Source of the DNA: Tolypothrix sp. VBCCA 56010
GTDB lineage: Bacteria > Cyanobacteriota > Cyanobacteriia > Cyanobacteriales > Nostocaceae
Length of the DNA stretch: 32,000 bases
Assembly: GCF_050875635.1 (NCBI RefSeq)
Contig: NZ_JBPAOH010000005.1
Location: forward strand, 1,454 to 33,453
Reading direction: 5' to 3'
Made by a program: the position numbers and the translations under genes. This document shows, piece by piece, positions 8,059 to 15,956 of this stretch (position 1 is its first letter; the number at the start of each line of letters is the position of its first letter). The notes beneath the pieces are model-generated. The model had not been told where the DNA came from. It made no database searches and saw only the letters and a program-made list of their open reading frames with translations.

Positions 8059-8447
8059 TGAATATTAGCAAAAAGGTATCGGTACAAGGATTAGCTTTTG
8101 AAGATGAAACCGGATTTGAACAGCTAGTTACGGGAGAAGCATTAGCTGGACTTTTTGGACAGTTTTCTAATCAAGTAGAATGTGTGCTGTTGAATGCTTG
8201 CTACTCCGAAGTCCAAGCAAAAGCGATCGCCCAACACATCAATTATGTGATTGGCATGAACGATCAAATCCAAGATCAAGCGGCAATTGAATTTGTTGTG
8301 GGATTTTACGATGCACTTCTGGCTTACAATCCCCAATATGATCAAAGTTCGCCTGTAGAGTTTGCTTTTAATATTGCCCAGAATGCGATTATGTTAGCTG
8401 GCGTGTCTGGCGAGTCGATTCCTGAAATTAAAAAAAAACTAATCTAA
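8046..8447 (+). pseudogene. C-terminal half of a CHAT/caspase-like effector domain (5'-truncated first module of a STAND gene)
   Basis: GLAFEDETG...VECVLLNACYSEVQAKAIAQHINYVIGMNDQIQDQAAIEFVVGFYDAL matches, from memory, the second half of an N-terminal domain common on cyanobacterial NB-ARC/WD40/TPR proteins. The upstream half, with the expected HFSGHG histidine region, is missing. The ORF ends at a TAA after an A9 run. Confidence 0.6.
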
Positions 8448-10201
8448 CTCCCCATCATCTACCTTTAGGAAATCTTACCAATGTCCCAGAATTACCACCG
8501 CACTTTTTACTCCGTCCCCAACAACTTACGCCCTTAAAACACAAGGTATTGTTGCTAACAAAACAACCTGTGGGGATTACAGGGAAAAGCCGCCGTGTTG
8601 GTGTGCAAGGAATGGGCGGAATTGGTAAAACAGTCTTAGCTACAGCACTGGCGCGGGATGAAGAGGTCAGAAAGGCGTTTCCTGATGGGGTGTTTTGGGT
8701 AACATTTGGACAAACACCCCAGATTTTGACTTGGCAATCCTATCTTGCTCAGGCGTTAGGCGACTTGCAAGCGGCCTTTACCGAGATTGGATTGGCGAAA
8801 GCACGGTTGCGAGAGCTGTTTGCAGATAAAGCTTGCTTGCTGATTTTGGATGATATTTGGCGTTTGGATGATGCGACGGCGTTTGATGTGTTAGGAGAAC
8901 GGTGTCAAATGTTAGTTACCACCCGTAATGTAGCAATAGTTACAGGGTTAGGAGGGGAAGAATATCAGCTTGCGGTTTTAGATGCACAACAGGCGTTAGC
9001 ACTTTTGGCAGATTGGGCAAATCAACCGCAGATCATTGACCCCACACAGCAAAATGATGTCATCTTGCAGGTAGCGCGGGAATGTGGATATTTGCCCTTA
9101 GCATTGGCGATGGTAGGGGCGATGATGCGCTTTAAACCGCCAAATCGCTGGCATAATATTTTAGAAAAACTACGTAGTGCTGATTTAGAGAAAATCAAAC
9201 AACAGTTTCCCGATTATCCTTATCCGAATTTACTCAAGGCAATTCAGGTGAGTGTGGAGGATATGTCTGAGAATTACCAACAGCGATATTTAGATTTTGC
9301 CGTCTTTCCTGAAGATACACCCATACCAGAAGCAGTCTTGCAGACTTTTTGGCAACCCTTGGGGTTAGATGAGTTTGATACCCAAGATGTGATTGATGAA
9401 TTGGTGAGTAAATCTCTGGCTTTGCGGGATGAAGTCGGAAATTTACGGTTGCATGACTTGCAGTTTGATTATGTCAGAAAGCAGCACGCCACCTTAGTAA
9501 CCGAAAGTGGAAGGATAGGTTTTTTGCACAATCGTCTATTAAATGCCTATAGTGAAAAATACTCTGAAGGTTGGCATAGTTTAGAAAATGACGGCTATAT
9601 CTGGCAAAATTTAGCCTATCACTTGCTGGCTGGGGGAAGTCCAAGGGAATTACAACAACTGCTGTGTGATTTTCGCTGGTTGCAGGCGAAGTTGGAGAAC
9701 ACTAATGTTAATGCTTTGCTAGCAGATTATGATTTTTTGCCGGAGGATGAGAGTTTACAGTTAATTCAAGGTGCATTGCGACTGTCGGCACATATTTTAA
9801 ATCAAGATAAACAGCAATTACCAGGGCAATTATTAGGGCGGTTGCTGGGTTTTGAAAGTTCAGAAATTCAGGCATTGTTAAAGCAGGCGCAGCAATGCAA
9901 AACCCCAAGCTTGCTTCCCCAAACAGCCAGCTTGGCTCCCCCAGGTGGCTCCTTAGTACGTACCCTAGCAGGTCATAGTAGCTGGGTAAATGCAGTTGCC
10001 CTCACCCCAGATGGCCAGTACGTGATTTCTGGTTCCCTTGACCACACCCTCAAAGTCTGGAATTGGCAAACTGGAGAACAACTGCGTACCCTAATTCATA
10101 TTAAATTCAAATACCAGCTTTGGGTCATAAGTTGGTATTTGAGTGACGACACTAATTTGTCATCGGTGACAGACAATTGGTCATTGTACAGCTGTTTATA
10201 G
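8432..10201 (+). pseudogene. NB-ARC (AP-ATPase/STAND) NTPase with a single remaining WD40 repeat; frameshifted from the upstream module and 3'-truncated
   Basis: The open frame begins right after a TAA at 8429-8431 and reads NVPELPPHFLLRPQQL before the annotated TTG at 8549. Walker A GMGGIGKT, Walker B LLILDDIW, TTRN and GYLPLAL are present. One WD40 repeat follows (GHSSWVNAVALTPDGQYVISGSLDHTLKVWN). Protein-like sequence stops at about 10093, and the ORF then reads into IS-derived DNA. Confidence 0.8.
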
Positions 10202-10345
10202 AATCCATTTGGGATCTTGGTAAAAGAGTATAATTTGGGAAAAATGCCATATTCAAGCAGCTTGACAGATAAAGAGTCGGAGATTATTAAACCCCTGTTA
10301 CCCAAGAAGAAAAGAACTAAACTCCCGACATGGAGTAAGAGGTTG
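10094..10345 (+). mobile_element. Remnant of an IS5/IS4-superfamily (DUF4096-type transposase) element
   Basis: The ORF fragment at 10244-10384 starts MPYSSSLTDKESEIIKPLLPKKKRTKLPTWSKR. This is the characteristic N-terminus of this transposase group, with the usual W replaced by S. Similarity is lost after about 10343. The left boundary is inferred from the break in the WD40 repeat. Confidence 0.55.
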
Positions 10346-10382
10346 TTTAAAAAGTGGTTAGCTGTGATTTTAGGCACTTGTT

Positions 10383-10561
10383 GATCCCCCCTAACCCACG
10401 CCAGTTGCTCCACTTGGGGAGACCCCAGACGCTCGCGGACTCGCTAACGCTGCGCTATCGCCCTTGGTGTCTCCCCTTGGGAGAAGACCGCGCTGGCTCC
10501 CCTTAAAAAGGGGGGAACTGGAATCAAAGTCCCCCAATTTATCTGGGGATTTAGGGGGATC
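10383..10561. repeat. MITE-like structured palindromic element
   Basis: Terminal inverted repeats GATCCCCCCTAACCC (10383-) and GGGGATTTAGGGGGATC (-10561). Internal inverted pairs are GGGGAGAC...GTCTCCCC and CCCCTTAAAAAGGGGGG. Confidence 0.6.
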
Positions 10562-10585
10562 TAAACGCATTGCGGATTGACCTTA

Positions 10586-10948
10586 TCAAGCAACAGCCCC
10601 TTGTTTAGGCTGACGCACCGGACGCTTGCGATCGCTTCGACGAACGCCTCCTGCCATTTTGTACTCATCGCTATTCTTGCCATACTTTGCAGCTACACTG
10701 ACTAACGTATGTTCTGTTAGTTCCATCAGCGACTTTTCAGCAAGTTCTAAGGCTTCCTGAGTCTGATCCACAGTGGAGAGGCTTGAGTTATATGTTTCTA
10801 ACTTGTCTTGCGTTGTTTTGATAGCGGCTGCAAAGGAGTTAATTGTTACCCCATTGCCTAAGTCTAAGGTGGGACTAATCGATTTCAAAGCTGCAATCCG
10901 ACGCTGCGCTTTATCAAGTACTTTAGACCCGCGTTTGGGACGTGACAT
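10586..10948 (-). CDS. Hypothetical protein (basic N- and C-termini)
   Basis: 120-aa ORF with no recognised catalytic motif. It resembles a small conserved cyanobacterial hypothetical protein, from memory only. Confidence 0.5.
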   Translation of the reverse strand: MSRPKRGSKVLDKAQRRIAALKSISPTLDLGNGVTINSFAAAIKTTQDKLETYNSSLSTVDQTQEALELAEKSLMELTEHTLVSVAAKYGKNSDEYKMAGGVRRSDRKRPVRQPKQGAVA

Positions 10949-11124
10949 AAATCACTTTCCTATTATTAATAATGCGCCAGGATAAAAACTGACTTCTACC
11001 CTGAACTGTACAGCACTAGGATAGACAGAATTAGGGTTATTTGACACCCGCATTATTCAGTATCTTTTTAATTATTTACTACAAAAATATCAAATAGCTT
11101 TATGTAAATTCTTGGTGGTTACCC

Positions 11125-11280
11125 AAATTCAATCAACAACTGCCCGAATTCAATCAACGACTGTCCGAATTCAGTAAACGACTGCCCGAATTCAGTAAAC
11201 GACTGCCCGAATTTAATCAACGACTGCCCGAATTTAATCAACGACTGTCCGAATTCAATCAACGACTGCCCGAATTTAAT
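11125..11280. repeat. 21-bp tandem repeat, about 7.4 copies (GAATTCAATCAACGACTGCCC consensus)
   Basis: Units start at 11125, 11146, 11167, 11188, 11209, 11230 and 11251, with a partial unit at 11272. Variants are GAATTCAGTAAAC and GAATTTAATCAAC. There are no spacers. Confidence 0.95.
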
Positions 11281-11369
11281 ATAGGAACTTAGGATTGTGG
11301 ATTAAATAAGGTGTAATACTGCCACTGATATTTATACACTAGAAGGGTAGATGGATGAACTGGTAGATG

Positions 11370-11468
11370 ATGCGTCCTTACCCTGGTGAGATTGAAGTTC
11401 AAATGCAACGATACTATGAGTCGTTGTCAAAAAAGGATCGCCGCCGATATGCCGCATTTGTGTCATAA
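11370..11468 (+). pseudogene. Possible remnant of a transposase N-terminal HTH region
   Basis: The 32-codon ORF MRPYPGEIEVQMQRYYESLSKKDRRRYAAFVS contains the SL-x-KDRRRYAA motif I associate with N-termini of some cyanobacterial DDE transposases. It is very short, so this is tentative. Confidence 0.25.
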
Positions 11469-11608
11469 TCAGATTGGGAGATTATTGGCAATTTCTCCAA
11501 CAAGCTTAATATAGCGTGATTATTCAACCTACAAGATTCAACGAATCATTGACTCTGGAATTTAAGTAAAAAGTATCAAATCAGTGAAGGGAAGGAAAAA
11601 GAATAGGT

Positions 11609-14600
11609 ATGAAGGACGGGCATAAAACAGACCCCTTCCCCGGACTCGGTGAGATGAAAGCGCGGATGCGTACTTTCGATTGGGCAAACACACCTGTCGG
11701 TTCGATAGATACATGGTCGCAAAGTCTGAAAAGCACCGTGAGGATTTTACTCGCATCACGGTATCCAATGATTCTGATATGGGGACCAAATCTGATTCAG
11801 TTTTATAACGATGCCTATTCTGACATTATCGGTGACAAGCATCCCGCCGCACTGGGTACGGATATTAGAATTACCCTCGCCGAAGCGTGGGATACGCTCG
11901 GTCCGATGATTGAAGAAGTGATGGTAACAGGCGTAGCGAACTGGGTTCCGGCACAGATGCTTGTTTTAGAACGTTCAGGCTATCGTGAAGAATCTTATTT
12001 TAGCCTTTCTCACGCACCCGCCGAGGACGATTCCGGAGAAATTGTCGGGATGTTTTGCGTGTGTAGCGAAGTCACTCAGCAGATATTGGGCGATCGCAGG
12101 TTACGACTTCTCCGAGATTTGGCATCATTCGCAGGCGAAACGCGCAGTGTAGAAACAACATGCCGCGATGTAGCAAAAGCGATCGCCGAACACCCACTTG
12201 ATGTGCCGTTTGCACTAATTTATCTGCGCGAGCCAGATGGAAAAACTCTCAGGCTTTGTGGTAAAGTAAAAATGCCCTCTGAAGCGCTTCTTAGTTTAGT
12301 CTCTGTTAATATTACCGAATCAGAAAGTGATATCTGGTCGCTGGCGCGAGTTGCTGCGGGTGAAACAGTTTTAATTGAAGGTGTAGATAGCTTATTCTTG
12401 CTACCGGGTGGTCCCTGGAACGAACCTACGCGTGCAGCACTCGTCATGCCGATCGCTTCATCAACTCAAACAGAACCGCTTGGCGTTTTAGTAGCCGGCA
12501 TCAGCCCCAACCGCTTTCTTGACGAAGGATACAGATCGTTCTACGAACTGCTTGCAGGTCAAGTATCCATCGCCGTGCGTAACGCCCAAGCATACGAAGA
12601 AGAACGGCGACGAGCGGAAATGCTAGCCGAACTTGACCGCGCAAAAACCGCCTTTTTCTCCAATGTCAGTCACGAGTTCCGCACCCCGCTAACTTTAATG
12701 CTCGGTCCATTAGAAGATGCGCTACGCGATCGGCATCTTTCCCCAAGTCAGCGGGAACAAATTACCATAGCTCACCGCAACAGTTTAAGACTGCTAAAAT
12801 TAGTCAATACGCTTTTGGATTTCTCGCGACTTGAAGCGGGTAGAACGCAAGCCATCTACGAACCTACAGATTTGGCGACACTCACCGCAGACTTGGCTAG
12901 TGTGTTTCGCTCGGCAATTGAAAAGGCAGGTTTAGAATTTATCGTCGATTGTCAACCTTTATCCGAACCGGTTTATGTAGACCGGGATATGTGGGAAAAG
13001 ATAGTCCTGAACTTACTTTCAAACGCTTTGAAATTTACGCAACGCGGTTACATCAAAGTTGAGCAACGAGCATTCAAGGGCAACATCGAGCTTCGTATTG
13101 AAGATACAGGCAGCGGAATTCCTCAATCTGAACTGAAGAACGTATTTAAGCGATTTCACCGCATTGAAGGAACCCAAGCTCGAACCCACGAAGGCAGCGG
13201 AATTGGTCTAGCGCTCGTCCAAGAACTCGCCAAACTCCACGGTGGCAGTGTCCGCGTCGAAAGCGTCTGCGGTGGAAGTACCTTCATTGTTTCCATTCCT
13301 CGTGGCAAGCAGCACCTGACTGTAGACCAAATCGCAAGCGATCGCATACTTACCCCAACCAGCATTCGTGCCGATGCATTTGTAGAAGAAGCGCTGCGGT
13401 GGTTGCCGGATGAAGTTGATGATGCAAATCGGTCAATGGGGGGGCGATCGCGCATACTTCTGGCAGACGACAACGCTGATATGCGCGAATATCTGCGAAA
13501 GCTTCTAAGCACGCAGTATGAAGTTATCGCCGTGGCAGATGGCGAAGGAGCTTTAGCCGCAGCACAAGAACAAGTGCCAGACTTAGTGCTGAGTGATGTA
13601 ATGATGCCAAAACTTGACGGCTTCGGTCTTCTAACTCGGCTGCGTCAAGACCAGCGTACACGCTCTGTACCGCTTATTCTGCTTTCGGCTCGTGCGGGTG
13701 AAGAATCGCGTGTAGAGGGACTTGAAGCGGGAGCAGACGACTATTTAGTAAAGCCCTTTAGCGCTAGAGAAATATTGGCTCGTGTCAAAGCAACATTGGA
13801 AACCGCTCGATTGCGGCAAGAAGCAGCCCGCTCTCGCTCGGAGATCCAAGCAGCTCAAGAACGGGCAATTATTCTCGAACGGGTAACAGATGCCTTTTAT
13901 GGTTTAGATCGGCAATGGCGATTTACTTACGTGAATCAGCGATGTGAAGAATACATCGGTAAAACCCGCTCTGAACTGCTGGGAAAAGTCCTCTGGGACG
14001 AATACCCAATGCTTAGGGGCAGCGTTCTTGAAGAGCAATATTATAAAGCCGTCGGCGATCAAGTTGCGGTACACTTTGAAGTACTGTCTCCTTTCTCCGA
14101 GCAGTGGGTAGAGGTACACGCTTATCCCTCTTTTGATGGATTGTCAGTTAATTTTCGATATATTAGCGATCGCAAAGAACTCGAACAGCGACGCGAGGCA
14201 CTTTTAGAAAGCGAACGCGCAGCTCGTACAGAAGCAGAACGAGTCGGACGCCTCAAAGATGAATTTTTGGCAGTTCTTTCTCACGAAATTCGCACACCGC
14301 TTAACGCTATCCTCGGCTGGAGCCAGCTTTTGCGTAAGGGAAAACTTAGTACGGTACAATACGAGAAGGGGCTTGATACTATTGAGAGAAACTCTAAAGC
14401 GCAAGCGCAGATTCTGGAAGATTTGCTCGACATGAGCCGGATAATTTCTGGTAAAATTCGACTCGATGTTAAAAATGTCAATCTGAACTTGGTGATTGAA
14501 AAAGCGATCGAATCTCTTGTTCCCGCTGTTGCAGCCAAGGACATCCGACTTCAAACAGTAATAGAAGCCGTACCCAGTCCGATAATTGGCGACCCGAACA

Positions 14601-14935
14601 GACTACAACAAGTAGTGTGGAATCTTCTTTCTAATGCTATTAAGTTTACTCCCACAGGTGGAACAGTGCAGGTGTCAGTTGAGAAAGTAAATTCTCACGT
14701 TGTCTTAACAGTAAGCGATACAGGTCACGGCATCAAGCCGGAATTTCTGCCGTATGTCTTCGACCGTTTTCGGCAAGCAGACTCCTCTACTACTCGCAAG
14801 TTTGGTGGTTTGGGATTAGGGCTTTCAATCGTCAAGCACCTCGTTGAGCTTCATAAAGGAACTATACAAGCAACAAGCCCAGGAGAGGAACAAGGAGCTA
14901 CTTTTACTGTTGTGCTTCCGCTGGCTGAAAAATAA
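11609..14935 (+). CDS. Hybrid sensor kinase with two kinase cores (sensor/GAF-like - HisKA - HATPase - REC - PAS - HisKA - HATPase)
   Basis: 1108 aa. First core: H-box [18 protein letters not shown] with [25 protein letters not shown]. Receiver: [13 protein letters not shown]...[11 protein letters not shown]...YLVKP. Second core: PAS-like segment, then H-box [19 protein letters not shown] with [26 protein letters not shown]. Confidence 0.9.
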   Translation: MKDGHKTDPFPGLGEMKARMRTFDWANTPVGSIDTWSQSLKSTVRILLASRYPMILIWGPNLIQFYNDAYSDIIGDKHPAALGTDIRITLAEAWDTLGPMIEEVMVTGVANWVPAQMLVLERSGYREESYFSLSHAPAEDDSGEIVGMFCVCSEVTQQILGDRRLRLLRDLASFAGETRSVETTCRDVAKAIAEHPLDVPFALIYLREPDGKTLRLCGKVKMPSEALLSLVSVNITESESDIWSLARVAAGETVLIEGVDSLFLLPGGPWNEPTRAALVMPIASSTQTEPLGVLVAGISPNRFLDEGYRSFYELLAGQVSIAVRNAQAYEEERRRAEMLAELDRAKTAFFSNVSHEFRTPLTLMLGPLEDALRDRHLSPSQREQITIAHRNSLRLLKLVNTLLDFSRLEAGRTQAIYEPTDLATLTADLASVFRSAIEKAGLEFIVDCQPLSEPVYVDRDMWEKIVLNLLSNALKFTQRGYIKVEQRAFKGNIELRIEDTGSGIPQSELKNVFKRFHRIEGTQARTHEGSGIGLALVQELAKLHGGSVRVESVCGGSTFIVSIPRGKQHLTVDQIASDRILTPTSIRADAFVEEALRWLPDEVDDANRSMGGRSRILLADDNADMREYLRKLLSTQYEVIAVADGEGALAAAQEQVPDLVLSDVMMPKLDGFGLLTRLRQDQRTRSVPLILLSARAGEESRVEGLEAGADDYLVKPFSAREILARVKATLETARLRQEAARSRSEIQAAQERAIILERVTDAFYGLDRQWRFTYVNQRCEEYIGKTRSELLGKVLWDEYPMLRGSVLEEQYYKAVGDQVAVHFEVLSPFSEQWVEVHAYPSFDGLSVNFRYISDRKELEQRREALLESERAARTEAERVGRLKDEFLAVLSHEIRTPLNAILGWSQLLRKGKLSTVQYEKGLDTIERNSKAQAQILEDLLDMSRIISGKIRLDVKNVNLNLVIEKAIESLVPAVAAKDIRLQTVIEAVPSPIIGDPNRLQQVVWNLLSNAIKFTPTGGTVQVSVEKVNSHVVLTVSDTGHGIKPEFLPYVFDRFRQADSSTTRKFGGLGLGLSIVKHLVELHKGTIQATSPGEEQGATFTVVLPLAEK

Positions 14936-15024
14936 AATTATACTTAGGCTCAAGCAGCGCAGCTTGTAGCAACCGAACCTGAGCAAACAGGCGTTGCGCT
15001 CATTAGGAATAAACGTGCTTCTTA

Positions 15025-15081
15025 GTAGTAAGGGCTTCAGCCCTTAAATGAGCGGTGAACCGCTCACTACGAATTATTTTT
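15025..15081 (+). terminator. Nested double hairpin followed by a T-run
   Basis: AAGGGC-TTCA-GCCCTT (15030-15045) and GAGCGG-TGAA-CCGCTC (15050-15065) are bracketed by GTAGT/ACTAC, then GAATTATTTTT. It lies about 90 nt downstream of the kinase stop and also resembles small dispersed cyanobacterial repeats. Confidence 0.45.
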
Positions 15082-15253
15082 CTACCTCTATGGATATAGC
15101 TAAGAGAATGATTTTTGCAGAAATACATCTCAAGGCTCACGCAGATACGTAAAAGAAACGTTAACAAAGAAGAAGAGCTTTACAATTCGTCGCAACGGGC
15201 TGTAATCAAACGCTCAAGCTTAAGCTTTGAAATAAAGACAAGAGTAATAATCA

Positions 15254-15760
15254 ATGACAACTGATACAGACCAAAATCAAAAAATTGAAAAGCTGCGCGA
15301 ACTAGTCAAAGATATTGACTTTGGCATGTTAACCACCATCGATGACGACGGAAGTTTGCACAGTCGCCCTATGTCTACGAATGGCGAAATTGAATCTGAT
15401 GGTACTCTTTGGTTTTTCACCTACGCTCCTTCTCATAAAGTAGATGAAATCGAACAACACGAACAGGTTAATGTTAGTTTTGCCGCACCTAATAAACAGT
15501 GTTACGTCTCTATGTCCGGCACAGCACAATTAGTCAAAGACCGCAACAAAATTGAAGAATTGTGGAAGCCGGAACTCAAAGCTTGGTTTCCCAAAGGATT
15601 AGACGAACCGGATATTGGTTTGATCAAAGTGAATGTCGTCAAAGCCGAATATTGGGATGCACCATCCAGCTTTGTGGCGCACACAATTGGTTTGGTAAAA
15701 GCAATTGCTACGGGTGAAAAAGCTAGTAGCGGCGAAAACGAAAAAATCACTTTAGGGTAA
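15254..15760 (+). CDS. Pyridoxamine 5'-phosphate oxidase-like FMN-binding protein (general stress protein 26 type)
   Basis: 168 aa. The pattern FGMLTTIDDDGSLHSRPM...LWFFT...NVSF...YVSMSGTA...W..KAWFP.G..DP....IKV is typical of this family. Confidence 0.75.
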   Translation: MTTDTDQNQKIEKLRELVKDIDFGMLTTIDDDGSLHSRPMSTNGEIESDGTLWFFTYAPSHKVDEIEQHEQVNVSFAAPNKQCYVSMSGTAQLVKDRNKIEELWKPELKAWFPKGLDEPDIGLIKVNVVKAEYWDAPSSFVAHTIGLVKAIATGEKASSGENEKITLG

Positions 15761-15773
15761 AGGTAGAAACAAA

Positions 15774-15866
15774 ATGAAAATTTTCTTTTGGGTAACTTTA
15801 TCTCTTGTGGCAGTGGGGGCAATTATGCTGTTTCTACAACCAGCTATTGACTTTCACGCAAATTAA
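15774..15866 (+). CDS. Possible 30-aa single-pass membrane peptide
   Basis: The ATG lies 14 nt after the preceding stop. MKIFFWVTLSLVAVGAIMLFLQPAIDFHAN has a hydrophobic core. There is no other support. Confidence 0.3.
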   Translation: MKIFFWVTLSLVAVGAIMLFLQPAIDFHAN

Positions 15867-15956
15867 TTTAAATTTGCAGCGTTGTACGTTCGTTACGCAA
15901 TAATTAGGCAAAGTCACATTTGCCCAACTATTCCCATAAGCAGGTGTAGATAAACT

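Larger units (their letters stand above)
6311..8073 (+). mobile_element. IS607-family insertion sequence (tnpA serine recombinase + tnpB)
   Basis: Overlapping tnpA/tnpB pair. GCTAAT-containing motifs lie at 6314-6319, 6322-6331 (TTTGCTAATA) and 6354-6362 (TGCTAATAT) upstream of tnpA. The reverse complement ATATTAGCAAA lies at 8062-8072 just after the tnpB stop. Boundaries are approximate. Confidence 0.7.

Noticed and set aside
10096-10413. 105-aa minus-strand ORF across the IS5 remnant.
   Set aside because: It lies antisense to the recognisable transposase N-terminal fragment and spans the junction of unrelated sequences. It has no motifs.
11125-11280. The 21-bp arrays (here and at 28797-29034) considered as CRISPR arrays.
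   Set aside because: The units are directly abutting with no unique spacers and are shorter than typical CRISPR repeats. No cas genes are present in the window.
12220-14554. Antisense ORFs inside the two-core kinase gene (for example 13156-13512 and 14204-14554, minus strand).
   Set aside because: These are typical shadow ORFs opposite a long GC-richer coding region. They have Arg/Ser-rich composition and no motifs.
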